Source: Candidatus Brocadiia bacterium
GTDB lineage: Bacteria > Planctomycetota > Brocadiia > CAIUPP01
Direction of reading: 5' to 3'
Assembly (NCBI GenBank): GCA_050015075.1
Contig: JBEKCB010000003.1
Coordinates: 160,001-224,000, forward strand
Length of the DNA stretch: 64,000 bases
This document shows, piece after piece, positions 17,320 to 27,174 of the stretch. Below the pieces are notes generated by a model, which worked only from the letters and a program-made list of their open reading frames with translations, made no database searches and was not told the origin of the DNA. Every line of letters begins with the position of its first letter. The stretch's first letter is position 1. Both the position numbers and the translations under genes were made by a program.

Positions 17320-19205
17320 GTCAGCGGTGAATGCGCGGTCATTGACACTCCGGCCGCGTCCAGGAATTCCCTGCACCACATCTCCAGGCAGATCAGCGTC
17401 CAGAGCTGGCGGCGCTCGAACATGCCGTAGCGGGGGCGGTTGAGGAGGCGCGCGACGGCGGCCGGCTCGAAGAGGCCCCGGCGGCGGACCGCGTCGGGGC
17501 CGAGAAGTTCCTGCACCATCCCTCGCATTTCGCCCGCAGCCCATTGGCCGACGGGCACCGCGAAGCCGGTCTTCCGGCGGCGGACGATATCCTCCGGCAG
17601 CAGGCCGGCGGCGACGCGACGCAGGATGCGCTTGCCCTCGAGTCCGCCCAGTTTCCATGACGGCGGCATGTGCATGACCGCCTCAACGACGCGGTGATCC
17701 AGGTACGGCACGCGCGCCTCGACGCCGTGCGCCATGGTCATGCGGTCCACCTTCACGAGCAGGTCGTCGGGCAGCCACGTGGCCAGGTCCATGCGCAGCA
17801 GTTGCTGCAGGTACGGCTCGCCGCCGGGCCGCAGGAACCGGCGGACGGCTTCGTCGGCCGGCGCGATGGTCCGGCACGATGCCTTGAGCCCATCCGAGTA
17901 CAGCCCCGCCTTCTCCGTCTGCGTGAAGACCGACTTCAGCGCCAGGTACGCCGCGGGCCGGTCCTCCAGGCCGGCGGCATACTCCGCGCCGCGGGCGGCG
18001 GCGGTCCAGCGGGAGAATTTCGAGAGCACGAACCGTATCGCGGCCGACGGGCTGACGGCGGAGAGCCGGTCGGCCCAGGCGAGGATCTTGTAGTGCGAGT
18101 AGCCCGCGAACAGCTCGTCGGCGCCCTCGCCGGTCAGCACCACGGTGACGCACGGCTTGGTCAGCTCCGCCATGAAGTACGTCGGGATCGCCGCGGAATC
18201 GGCCACCGGCTCGTCGAGTGCGCGGATGATCTTCGGCAGGCCTGCGACCGACTGCCGGCGCACGACCAGTTCGCGGTGGTTCGTGCCGAACCGGTCCGCG
18301 ACGCGGCGCGCGTACGGGCGCTCGTCGAAGCCGTGCTCCTCGAAGCCGACCGAGAACGTGTTCACCGGCGTGTGCGACGCCAGGGACATCAGCGCGACCA
18401 CCAGGCTGCTGTCGAGTCCGCCGGAGAGATAGGCGCCCAGCGGCACGTCGCTGATCATGCGGCAGCGGACGGCCTCCTCGAGATGCGCGCGCAGTTCGGA
18501 GGCCTCGACCGCGAAGGGCCGGCCCTTGTGGATCGGCTCGGCGCGCGGCAGTTCCCAATACCGCCGGATGACGCAGTGTCCGTCGCGGACGGTGAGCGTG
18601 TGTCCCGGCGGCAGCTTGCGCGCGCCTGTTACGATCGTCCGCGGCGCGGGGACGTACATGAACGTCAGGTACCGGTCGAGCCCTTCGGGATCGAGTTCGC
18701 GGGCGACGCCGCCGTGCGCCAGGATCGCCTTAAGCTCCGAGGCGAAGAGGAACCGCCCGCCCGGCAGTTCGGCGTAGAAGAGCGGCTTGATCCCGAGCCG
18801 GTCGCGCGCCAGGAAGAGCGTGCGCTCGACGGAGTCCCAGATCGCGAAGGCGAACATGCCGATCAACTGCTCGACGCAGCGCTGGCCCATCTGCTCGTAG
18901 AGATGGACGATGACTTCCGTGTCGCTCTGCGTCCGGAACGTATGCCCCTGGCCGATCAGTTCGCCGCGGAGTTCCCGGTAGTTGTAGATCTCGCCGTTGA
19001 AGATGACGTGATAGCGGCCGGACTCGTCGCTCATCGGCTGGCGGCCGCCGGCGAGGTCAATGATGCTCAGCCGCTCGTGGAGGAGCGTGGCCGAGTCGTC
19101 CTCGTAGGCGCCCTGCCCGTCGGGCCCGCGATGGCGGATCGTCGAGCGCATGCGCTCGGCCGCTTCGCGGTCCCTTGGTCCGATCCAGCCGCTGATCCCG
19201 CACAC
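17316..19205 (-). CDS. asnB: Asparagine synthase (glutamine-hydrolysing) family amidotransferase
   Basis: MCGI, HRGPD, RLSIID, NGEIYN, RDRLGIKPL, LSGGLDSS, GEGADELFAGY, EARVPYLD. Confidence 0.93.
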   Translation of the reverse strand: MCGISGWIGPRDREAAERMRSTIRHRGPDGQGAYEDDSATLLHERLSIIDLAGGRQPMSDESGRYHVIFNGEIYNYRELRGELIGQGHTFRTQSDTEVIVHLYEQMGQRCVEQLIGMFAFAIWDSVERTLFLARDRLGIKPLFYAELPGGRFLFASELKAILAHGGVARELDPEGLDRYLTFMYVPAPRTIVTGARKLPPGHTLTVRDGHCVIRRYWELPRAEPIHKGRPFAVEASELRAHLEEAVRCRMISDVPLGAYLSGGLDSSLVVALMSLASHTPVNTFSVGFEEHGFDERPYARRVADRFGTNHRELVVRRQSVAGLPKIIRALDEPVADSAAIPTYFMAELTKPCVTVVLTGEGADELFAGYSHYKILAWADRLSAVSPSAAIRFVLSKFSRWTAAARGAEYAAGLEDRPAAYLALKSVFTQTEKAGLYSDGLKASCRTIAPADEAVRRFLRPGGEPYLQQLLRMDLATWLPDDLLVKVDRMTMAHGVEARVPYLDHRVVEAVMHMPPSWKLGGLEGKRILRRVAAGLLPEDIVRRRKTGFAVPVGQWAAGEMRGMVQELLGPDAVRRRGLFEPAAVARLLNRPRYGMFERRQLWTLICLEMWCREFLDAAGVSMTAHSPLT

Positions 19206-19244
19206 ATTGATATCCGCATAAGAAACCCGGCGGCGGCTCTAGCT

Positions 19245-19301
19245 GCTCGTAGTGTGCCCGTCAGGGCATACGACGTAGCGCCTGACGGCGCCACTACAAG
19301 C
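19245..19301. repeat. GTAG-type REP doublet (REPIN-like), copy 1
   Basis: gctcgtagtgtgcccgtcagggcatacgacgtagcgcctgacggcgccactacaagc; 4 copies in window. Confidence 0.9.
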
Positions 19302-19308
19302 GGCCGCT

Positions 19309-20313
19309 TCAACGCGTATTCACGTACGGAGCAATCGCGAAGTCCCGGTGAGCATTCGGATCGCCGGCCTTGCCCGCCTCGGCCGCTTTCACGATGTTGT
19401 ACGCCTCGCGCGCGGTGACGTAATGAAGCCGCCACGCGCTTTCCTTGTACCGCTTCGCGAGGTGCGAGTGCAACTGCTGCATGCCGGAATTGAAGTACGC
19501 GCTGAAGTTCTGCGGCCGCGCGCCGTGCATGTGCACCTTGACGAAGACCCATTCCGGCCGGCCGACGACGCTGACGTTCGCGGCGACCCATCGGTCCACG
19601 CGCCGCGGCCTCGGCGGCATGTGCGCCTCCATCGAGCAAGTCAGGCGGAGCCGGTCGGCGATCCACGGCAGCGCCGGAATCCACCCCGCCGGCCGCGGCA
19701 CGCCGCTCAGCCGGCCCGGGCCCTGGAAGATCATCAGGTCGCCCGACGGCTTTCCGCCGGCGTGCACGTCCTCGCCCGTGTCGTACGACTTCGGCCGCGC
19801 CGGATCGTCCGCCGCGTAATAGATGCTGTTGCATTTGCCCGGCTGCATTCGGCCCCAGGCGGGAAACGTGAAGTCCGCGTAGCAGTTCGCCTGGCGCAAC
19901 ACGGCGAGTTCGTCGTTCACGCCGCAGTGCTCGTCGCCGCGCGAGTTGTCGAGCGACCACTTGCCGTGCACGAAGCCGAACGTGGAGACCGGTTCCGGCC
20001 CGATGGTGATCAGCGCGCCGGACCGCGCGTAAACTGCCTTGCGCCGCTCCAGTTTCTCGCGAAGCCCGTCGGCGGTATCGCGGCTGTGGTGCAGGTGCAC
20101 TTCGATCTCGCCGAGCCCCATCCGGCAGAGCGCTCCGAGCGAGTCCAGCACGGCCGGGTCCTCGGCATCGTAAAACCAGGTATGCCGTGGACTGCGCCCG
20201 TCGGAATCGGTGAACGCTTTCGCGACTTCGGGATAGCCCTGCCTCCACGCCGCGACCGACTCGGCCGAGCGCGGCTCGAAATGGTCGGCGAAGAGGAAGA
20301 TCAGGTGGCGCAC
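19309..20313 (-). CDS. Conserved hypothetical protein of polysaccharide clusters (His-rich putative metal-dependent hydrolase)
   Basis: DHFEP, EVHLHH, FVHGKWSLDNS, CYADFTFP, WVFVKVHMHG, LHYVTARE. Confidence 0.7.
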   Translation of the reverse strand: MRHLIFLFADHFEPRSAESVAAWRQGYPEVAKAFTDSDGRSPRHTWFYDAEDPAVLDSLGALCRMGLGEIEVHLHHSRDTADGLREKLERRKAVYARSGALITIGPEPVSTFGFVHGKWSLDNSRGDEHCGVNDELAVLRQANCYADFTFPAWGRMQPGKCNSIYYAADDPARPKSYDTGEDVHAGGKPSGDLMIFQGPGRLSGVPRPAGWIPALPWIADRLRLTCSMEAHMPPRPRRVDRWVAANVSVVGRPEWVFVKVHMHGARPQNFSAYFNSGMQQLHSHLAKRYKESAWRLHYVTAREAYNIVKAAEAGKAGDPNAHRDFAIAPYVNTR

Positions 20314-21476
20314 GGCGTGGCTCCATGCTCGGCGCGAAGCAGGACCGCCTCGTACTCGGCGGCGATTTTATCCCATGAGAAATCCGCGGCTCGCGACAGC
20401 GCGTTGCGGCTCATGGAACGCCAGGTCTCCGCGTCGCCGAGGAGGCGCGCGGCGGCGCGCGCGAGCGCGTCCGGGGCTTTCGGCGGGACCAGGATTCCCT
20501 CGCGGCCGTCGGTGATCGTCTCGCGGATTCCCGGCACGTCGGAGGCCACGCACGGCAGGCCGGCGGCGAGCGCTTCGAGGATCACGTTCGAGTGCCCCTC
20601 GGCGTACGACGGCAGCAGCAGCAGCGAGGCGGACTGATAGGCGGCCGGCAGCGCAGCCGGATCGAGCCAGCCGAGGAACCGCACCTCCGAGTTCGATCCG
20701 GCGGCGCGCAGAGCCGCGGCCTGCGCCTCGAGCGCCGCCCGCGACGGTCCGTCGCCGATGATCGTCAGCCGCGCCGGCCGGCCGAGCGCCCGCTCCAGCG
20801 CCGGCAACGCCGCAATCGCGTCCTGCACGCCCTTGAATTCCTGCAGCCGCCCGACGAAGAGCAGTTCCATCCTGTCCGGCGGCACGGAGCGCTCCCTGGG
20901 CGGCTTGAACCGCTCGGTGTCCACGCCGTTCGGAATGACCTCGATGCGCGCCTCCGGAAGGACGGCCAGCGCCGCGAGCCGGAGCGCATCGCTGACGGCG
21001 ATCAGTCCGGCCGCGTCGCGATACATCCGGCGCAGCAGCGGCCGCGTCAGCGCGTGCAGCCGCTGATGGGCGGCCAGCTCCGGCCGCGGCACGTCCGATC
21101 CGCGCAACGAGAGAACGTACGGGATGCCGCGCCGGCGCCACAGCCGCCACGCCGCCGGCCCGCCCGGAATCCCGAAGAACGCGCAGACGACCGTCGGCTT
21201 CATCTCGTCCGCCAGCCGCCGCGCCGCCGGGATGCTCCTGCGCATGAACGAGAGCAGCTCGACCGGCGTGCATTGATCCGGCTTCTTCCGCCGCACGCGG
21301 AGGCGATGGATCGCGACGCCGTCGCTCTGTTCCCGCTCCGGCAGCCCAGGGAAAAGCGAGGAGAGAATGGCGACCGAATGGCCCCGGAGCGCCAGGCGGC
21401 GCGCGATTTGCAGCGCCGCACGCCCGCCTCCGCCGCCGATCGGGGGAAGCTCGTAGCTGATGAAGAGGACCCTCAT
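20301..21476 (-). CDS. Glycosyltransferase family 4
   Basis: MRVLFISYELPPIGGG, IPNGVD, FVGRL..KG, PSYAEG..NVILEALAAG. Confidence 0.93.
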   Translation of the reverse strand: MRVLFISYELPPIGGGGGRAALQIARRLALRGHSVAILSSLFPGLPEREQSDGVAIHRLRVRRKKPDQCTPVELLSFMRRSIPAARRLADEMKPTVVCAFFGIPGGPAAWRLWRRRGIPYVLSLRGSDVPRPELAAHQRLHALTRPLLRRMYRDAAGLIAVSDALRLAALAVLPEARIEVIPNGVDTERFKPPRERSVPPDRMELLFVGRLQEFKGVQDAIAALPALERALGRPARLTIIGDGPSRAALEAQAAALRAAGSNSEVRFLGWLDPAALPAAYQSASLLLLPSYAEGHSNVILEALAAGLPCVASDVPGIRETITDGREGILVPPKAPDALARAAARLLGDAETWRSMSRNALSRAADFSWDKIAAEYEAVLLRAEHGATPCAT

Positions 21477-22456
21477 GCGCCGCGGACGCCCTCGCCGGAA
21501 TGCCCCGGAGCCGAGCCGCCGCTGAACCGCTCGCGCACGACGTACGTCGGTTTCTCGTGCAGCTCGTAGTAAGTCCGGATCGTGATCTCGCCGAGCAGCC
21601 CGATGCAGATGAACTGGAACCCGACCAGCACGCAGAGCCCCGAGAGGATGAAGAACGGGTTGCCCGTGATATTGTAGCCGGCGAAGTACTTCATGAGGAC
21701 CGTCAGCGCCAGGAAGAGGAAGCCGACGAGAAATGAGGCGATGCCGACCTTGCCGAAGACCTGGATCGGCCGCGTGGAATAGCTGACGAGGAACTTGACG
21801 TTGATCAGGTCGAGGATGACCGGGACCACGCGCTCGAGGCCGTACTTGCTCTTGCCGGCGACGCGCGCGCGGTGGCGCACGGGGACCTCGGCGACGCGGA
21901 CGCCCATCCACGCCGAGAGCGCGGGAATGAAGCGGTGCATCTCGCCGTAAAGGCGGAGGCCGCGGAGCACCTCGCGGCGGTAGGCCTTCAGGGAGCAGCC
22001 GTAGTCGTGCAGGCGCACGTTGGTAATCTTGCTGATCAGCCGGTTGCCGACCCAGCTCGGGAGGCGGCGCGTCAGCCAGGCGTCCTTGCGGTCCTTGCGC
22101 CAGCCGCTGACCACGTCGTAGCCTTCGTCAATCTTCGCGAGCAGCAGCGGGATTTCGCGGGGGTCGTTCTGCAGATCGCCGTCCATCGGGCAGATCACGT
22201 CGCCGGTGGCGATGTCGAAGCCGGCCGAGAGCGCCGCCGTCTGCCCGAAATTCCGGCGCAGCCGAAGCACCGTCACGCGCGGATCGCCCGCGCACGCCTG
22301 GACGAGCCGCTGGTAGGTGTCGTCGGTCGAGCCGTCATCCACGAAGATCATCTCGGCGATGCGCTTCTCGGCGTCCGCGAACTCGCGAAGCTCGCGGCAG
22401 AGCGGCTCGACGTTCATCGCTTCGTTATGGAGCGGCACGACGATGCTGACTTTCAT
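21473..22456 (-). CDS. Glycosyltransferase family 2 (ArnC/GtrB-like)
   Basis: SIVVPLHNE, VDDGSTD, RRNFGQ, MDGDLQNDP, DYGCSLKAY, EMHRFIP, two C-terminal TMs. Confidence 0.93.
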   Translation of the reverse strand: MKVSIVVPLHNEAMNVEPLCRELREFADAEKRIAEMIFVDDGSTDDTYQRLVQACAGDPRVTVLRLRRNFGQTAALSAGFDIATGDVICPMDGDLQNDPREIPLLLAKIDEGYDVVSGWRKDRKDAWLTRRLPSWVGNRLISKITNVRLHDYGCSLKAYRREVLRGLRLYGEMHRFIPALSAWMGVRVAEVPVRHRARVAGKSKYGLERVVPVILDLINVKFLVSYSTRPIQVFGKVGIASFLVGFLFLALTVLMKYFAGYNITGNPFFILSGLCVLVGFQFICIGLLGEITIRTYYELHEKPTYVVRERFSGGSAPGHSGEGVRGA

Positions 22457-22595
22457 GGGCATTATTCTAATCGCAATCGGCGCGGGAATCCACTGCTCTT
22501 CCAGGGGCTTTTGTTGACAATCGCCGGATGCTTTGGGATATTGAGCGCGGCGAGGAACGTTCAACAAAATCAATTATGGGCTATGCGACGCCGCC

Positions 22596-23711
22596 ATGCG
22601 CAAGGAAGCAACATATGCAGCCGCGACCAAAAAAGCGGCTCGTCTGATTGTAAAAGAAAAGAAGACGGAAGCAAGAGCTGTCCTCCAAGATGCTCTAGGA
22701 CGAGCGGTCGCGGCGAAGCAGGAAGGATATGCCTTATTCTTCCAAGGTGAATTGGCGTTCTTGGATGGTGAGCCGCTCAAAGGCTTCGAACTTGAGAAGC
22801 GGGCAAGAGAGCTTAAGCCAAGGTCACTTACAATTCTGCGAACTTTAGGGCTAAAAAGCTTAGCTCTCGGCAGGCTCGCAGAAGCCATTGAACGGTTCGA
22901 TGAGATACTGGCTATTAGGCCTAGAGATGCATGGGCACGGCTTTGCCGCTCGAGTGCCCAACTTAGCATTACCATTGCTGGCTTGAAAACGCACTTCGAT
23001 GAGATCAGTGCCGCGCGCGAAAAGGAGGAGCAAAGGATAAAGCTGGATGCGTGGCGGTCGCTTTCGGCCAGGGCCGCACACCGAATCGGAAATCAACTTT
23101 TCGCCTCCATGGGCGCTTTGCGGACGCTCTCAAAGCTGGACGTCCCCGAAGCACGAGAGGCTGTTGAAGATCTTTCGGGCAACGTAGATAGAATACGAAG
23201 GATCGTGCAGGAGTTTCAGCGTTTCAGCGCAAATGAGGCGCCCAGGTTACTACCAGCTGACATTGCGGTCCTCGTCAGCGATGTCGTACGACGTCACACG
23301 GACTTGAAACCGAACATTGCGCTCTCCTCGCAGGTTCAGGGACCATTTATTTGCGAAATCGACCGCATCCAGTTCGAGCAGGCGCTGGGAGAGCTGCTTG
23401 AGAATGCAATGTTTCACACTAAGCCTGGCGGGGAAATCACTGTCCGTGTCGAGCCGGTTGAAGCGCCGAACGCGCAGAATGTTCGAATCATCATCCAAGA
23501 CACAGGCGCCGGGATACCGCCGCAATCGAAGGAGCGCATATTCCAGGCCTTTTACAGCACCAAGCCGGGCGGCAGCGGTCTCGGGCTTGCCATCGTCCGC
23601 CAGATTGTGGAAAATCACAAAGGAACGATTCGAGAGACAGGACAGGAAGGGGCAGGCGCGCGTTTCGAGATCGTCCTGCCCGTGAAGGCACGCGAGGAGA
23701 GCCGCCAATGA
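22596..23711 (+). CDS. Cytoplasmic sensor histidine kinase with N-terminal TPR-like helices
   Basis: H-box AAHRIGNQL, LLENA, IQDTGAGI, IFQAFYSTK, GSGLGLAI; no TM segment. Confidence 0.9.
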   Translation: MRKEATYAAATKKAARLIVKEKKTEARAVLQDALGRAVAAKQEGYALFFQGELAFLDGEPLKGFELEKRARELKPRSLTILRTLGLKSLALGRLAEAIERFDEILAIRPRDAWARLCRSSAQLSITIAGLKTHFDEISAAREKEEQRIKLDAWRSLSARAAHRIGNQLFASMGALRTLSKLDVPEAREAVEDLSGNVDRIRRIVQEFQRFSANEAPRLLPADIAVLVSDVVRRHTDLKPNIALSSQVQGPFICEIDRIQFEQALGELLENAMFHTKPGGEITVRVEPVEAPNAQNVRIIIQDTGAGIPPQSKERIFQAFYSTKPGGSGLGLAIVRQIVENHKGTIRETGQEGAGARFEIVLPVKAREESRQ

Positions 23712-24328
23712 AAGTACTAGCGATTGACGATCAGGCCGAGGCGCTCAAGCAAATCGAGAAGGCCCTTTCCGGCGCCAAAGGTCCCGACGACATGCCGTAT
23801 GAAGTCATGGCGCTGGCGGACCACCACGCGGCGCTGGAACTCCTGACGAGAGAACATTTTGACGTCATCGTCACCGACATGGTTATGGGCAACCAGGAGA
23901 AGGAAGGGCTGGAGATTCTTCGCGAAATGACGGGCAAGTCGCCGATAACTATTGTCCTGACTGCCTATCCTTCAATTCCGAATTGTGTCGCTGCGATGCG
24001 CGCGGGCGCATGGGACTATCTTGAGAAGACGCCTGCAGATGGGAGTGATCCATATGAGATCCTGTTGAATTCTGTGAGCCAAGCATGCCGAGAGCGGCTG
24101 GCAAGGCCTGAGGCCGGCCGCGTGAACCCGGACGCTACATGGGTTAAAGACCACTATGAAGAACTGACGGCAAAGTATGCCGGAAAGATCGTTGCGGTTC
24201 TCGATGGGAAGGTGGTTGACGAGGACGAGAACTACGGAAAGCTGGCGGAACGCGTCAAGCGCGATTACCCTGTTGCCGTGCCTACGCTAGTCTTGGTGCC
24301 GGACACAAAGGTGGATGCAATCGATTGA
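23708..24328 (+). CDS. Response regulator: receiver domain fused to DUF5678-like C-terminal domain
   Basis: AIDDQ, IVTDMVM, LTAYPS, DYLEK; C-terminal WVKDHYEELTAKYAGKIVAVLDGKVV. Confidence 0.85.
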   Translation: MKVLAIDDQAEALKQIEKALSGAKGPDDMPYEVMALADHHAALELLTREHFDVIVTDMVMGNQEKEGLEILREMTGKSPITIVLTAYPSIPNCVAAMRAGAWDYLEKTPADGSDPYEILLNSVSQACRERLARPEAGRVNPDATWVKDHYEELTAKYAGKIVAVLDGKVVDEDENYGKLAERVKRDYPVAVPTLVLVPDTKVDAID

Positions 24329-24750
24329 ACAACTTCTGCAACGGCCACAACTACGTTCTTGCGATAAGGCGCGTTCGCCGTACGCCCGCGTCCGAGATCG
24401 TTGTCGAAATGTCAGGCGCTTCCCCGATTTTCCAGCCTGTGTTCGGGAAGGTTGATACGGGGGCTTACCGAACCGTGCTCAACTTCGATACCGCTAGAGC
24501 GCTTGCCATCGCCGACCCGGAGGCAAATTGCATTCGTCGCGGCACCGCGAAGTCAGCAACAGACGAGCCAATCCCTTATTTCGTCCACAGGGTCTTAGTC
24601 CAAATATCAGACAACGGTTGGCCACCGATTCTATTCCCGTTAGAGGCTGCGTTCGCAGAAAAGGTGAAGCGGAACCTTTTCGGCATTGACTGGCTGCAGA
24701 ATCTATGTCTGGCCTTCGATAGCTCCTCCGTACACTTCCTCCGAGACTAA
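24325..24750 (+). CDS. Retropepsin-like (clan AA) aspartyl protease
   Basis: KVDTGA catalytic motif and NLFGIDWL (hhG-D) motif; TTGA overlap with the upstream stop. Confidence 0.8.
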   Translation: MNNFCNGHNYVLAIRRVRRTPASEIVVEMSGASPIFQPVFGKVDTGAYRTVLNFDTARALAIADPEANCIRRGTAKSATDEPIPYFVHRVLVQISDNGWPPILFPLEAAFAEKVKRNLFGIDWLQNLCLAFDSSSVHFLRD

Positions 24751-25130
24751 TCTCATATCGGGCGCGTCAGAGTTGGAGAGCTGACGGAAGCGTCTCCAAA
24801 TATCTGGCGGCCACGGCCGAATCGTATGGTATTCTATTCACAAACCTTCCGCCAGTCCAGAGGCATCCGCGCGGGGCCGGCAACCGCGGGTATAGCGGGG
24901 AGACTATGGCGCCGGCTCCAGTGCATGCCGCGGTTTCAGGCCTTCGATAGCGCGTGAGCCGGGCTTGATCCGGAAAACCCCCACTTAAGCAGGTCCCTCC
25001 GTCGGATTCTTCGGCGGCGCTGCCCGGTACGCCTTTTGCTCTTCCTGGAATGCGCACTTCAGAACGCCCCTGGCTTCAAGGGCGAAAAACCTTCCCTGTC
25101 CAGCCGATGCGCGAACGCGCGGGAACTCGA

Positions 25131-25721
25131 ATGAGAAAGACGACGATTGCGATGGCGTTTTCGGCCGCGCTGATTTCAGCGCCGGCCTGGGCGGGAATCA
25201 CCGGCTCGCCGCACGACCTCTCCAGCCGGCTGGGCACCGGGCAGGTTTGCCTGCCGTGCCACGCGCCGCACGCGGGATTGAATGCTTCGGCCGGGCCGGT
25301 GTGGAACCACGCCTTGTCGAAGGCGAGCTTTACGCAGTTCGGGGCGCCGCTCAAGTTGACGGGCGACTCGGTGCTCTGCATGGGCTGTCACGACGGGGTG
25401 ACGGCGGTGGGCGATTTCAACGTCGCGAGTCCCGCGGTCCGCGTCAGCCCCGACGTGGCGAACCTGGCGATTCAAAAGCTGCCGGGCGCAAATCCCGCGA
25501 ACGACCTGGGGACCGATTTGTCCGGCATCCACGCGGTCAGCGCGCTCTACGAGGCGACGCGCGCCTCCATGAAACCGATTACGGCCCTGGGCCCGCTGCG
25601 TTTGCAGGATGGCAGGGTCGAATGCACCACCTGCCACGATCCTCACAGCAGCCTGTACGGGAAGTTCCTCAGAATGTCGAACGCGCACAGCGCGATGTGC
25701 CTCACGTGCCATGCCGTTTGA
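25131..25721 (+). CDS. Periplasmic tetraheme cytochrome c (doubled CxxCH / cytochrome c3 family)
   Basis: Signal peptide; CLPCHAPH, CMGCHDG, CTTCHDPH, CLTCH. Confidence 0.9.
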   Translation: MRKTTIAMAFSAALISAPAWAGITGSPHDLSSRLGTGQVCLPCHAPHAGLNASAGPVWNHALSKASFTQFGAPLKLTGDSVLCMGCHDGVTAVGDFNVASPAVRVSPDVANLAIQKLPGANPANDLGTDLSGIHAVSALYEATRASMKPITALGPLRLQDGRVECTTCHDPHSSLYGKFLRMSNAHSAMCLTCHAV

Positions 25722-25739
25722 GGCGGCGGCCGCGCCGGA

Positions 25740-26357
25740 TTATGAAATCAAGTGCATCGCCTGCAGGAAACTCTTGCAGGCGGCCGGGGCGAGGATCAGC
25801 GTCAGGGCGAGTCCCGAGACGGCGCCCCAGAGGTGCGCGGCGTGGTTGACGCGCGTCTGCCGGAACCGCGCAGAGTAGTAGCTGTACGCGACGAAAACAA
25901 TGCCGAAAAGCCAGGCCGGCATCGGGATCACGCCGAAGATCAATATCGTGTCCTTGGGCGCGTAAAGGATGAAGCTGAAGATCACCGCCGTCACCGCGCC
26001 CGAGGCGCCCACGCAGAAATAATCCGGGTCGTCCCGGTGTTTCACCACGGTCGTGATATCGCTCAGGACGAGCGAGGCGGCGTAGAGCACGAAGAACTGC
26101 CAGTGCCCCATCAGTTGTTCGAGCAGGAACGCGAAGAAGTAAAACGAGAACATGTTGAAGATGAGATGTCCGACGTCGGCGTGGATCAGGCCGCTGGTGA
26201 GGAAGGTGTAGTAGCGGCGCTCGCGGACCAGGCTCCACGGGCTCAGCGCGAAGAACCGGAACAGGTCCGGGTACTGCCACGCGATCAGGCTGGTCACGAT
26301 GGTGAGGACCAGGATGAAGAGCGCGACGGGCGACTGCTGCATAACGCCGCTTTCCAT
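25740..26357 (-). CDS. Rhomboid intramembrane serine protease
   Basis: HLIFNM, GASG, NHAAHLWGA. Confidence 0.92.
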   Translation of the reverse strand: MESGVMQQSPVALFILVLTIVTSLIAWQYPDLFRFFALSPWSLVRERRYYTFLTSGLIHADVGHLIFNMFSFYFFAFLLEQLMGHWQFFVLYAASLVLSDITTVVKHRDDPDYFCVGASGAVTAVIFSFILYAPKDTILIFGVIPMPAWLFGIVFVAYSYYSARFRQTRVNHAAHLWGAVSGLALTLILAPAACKSFLQAMHLIS

Positions 26358-26451
26358 GGCTGCCTTTCGATGGGCTGTGGAAACACAGCTGGTATCATAC
26401 CTGTTTTCCGGCGCCGGCGGTCAGGCCCGCAGGGCGGCGGCGGGCCCGGCA

Positions 26452-26934
26452 TCAGTCACGGCGGGATCGGCTTTGCTTGGCAGGCCTTGTCGCGCCCTCT
26501 TCGGAAATCGGGTCGAGCACATCCAGGAACGGAAAGCGGCGGAAGTCCAAGTCGTGCGTATAGATGGTCTTGACGCCGTTCTCCCGCATCAGAATCGCCG
26601 TGTGGGCGTCGAATACCAGGTTCCCCGAAATGTCGGGCACTTCGGCGAGGATCTCGGCGACGACCTGGCGGTGACGATCCGTTTCGGCCAGCACTTGGAG
26701 GTTAGATGAGGCGAATAATGCTTCCAGGAACTGCCATGACTGCCCTAAGGTGAAGGGACGCTGCAAGACGCGAGGATGTGTTGTTACGCGCAGGAACTCG
26801 TAAGCAATGCCCCAAGTCACATACCACGCCTTCTGCTGAGCACGCCAGCTTTCGATGAGGCGGCCGCACCTGGCGTTCTCGGGCGCATCCCGGTTGGCGG
26901 CATAGATCAGGATGTTGGTGTCAACGACGAACAA
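26452..26934 (-). CDS. vapC: VapC-family PIN toxin
   Basis: VVDTNILIYA, YEFLRVTTHPR, GNLVFDAHTA, THDLDFRRF. Confidence 0.9.
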   Translation of the reverse strand: MFVVDTNILIYAANRDAPENARCGRLIESWRAQQKAWYVTWGIAYEFLRVTTHPRVLQRPFTLGQSWQFLEALFASSNLQVLAETDRHRQVVAEILAEVPDISGNLVFDAHTAILMRENGVKTIYTHDLDFRRFPFLDVLDPISEEGATRPAKQSRSRRD

Positions 26935-26936
26935 AG

Positions 26937-27170
26937 CTAGCGTTCCATGACTTCATACAGGGCGTCGCGGTCGGCCACATCGACGCGCGCGGCGCCGCCG
27001 TGGAACTGGGGGAGTTTCGGGCGTTGAGCCGTACCCGCGCTCGGCGGTTTTGGAGTGATGAGATCGCGCAGTGCTGCCTCGACCAGCGCAGACATCGTCT
27101 GCCCGCGGCGCGCAGCCTCTCGCTTCAGCGCACGCATCGTCACGTCGCTGATATTCAATGTGGTTTTCAT
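26937..27170 (-). CDS. vapB: VapB-like RHH antitoxin
   Basis: MKTTLNISD...LKREAARRGQTMSALVE; directly upstream of the PIN gene. Confidence 0.85.
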   Translation of the reverse strand: MKTTLNISDVTMRALKREAARRGQTMSALVEAALRDLITPKPPSAGTAQRPKLPQFHGGAARVDVADRDALYEVMER

Positions 27171-27174
27171 ATGG

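Noticed and set aside
24780-25130. Possible c-di-GMP/GEMM riboswitch upstream of the multiheme cytochrome
   Set aside because: Could not find the conserved GGCAAAC/GAAA/GACGCAAA core by eye; an Rfam scan is needed.
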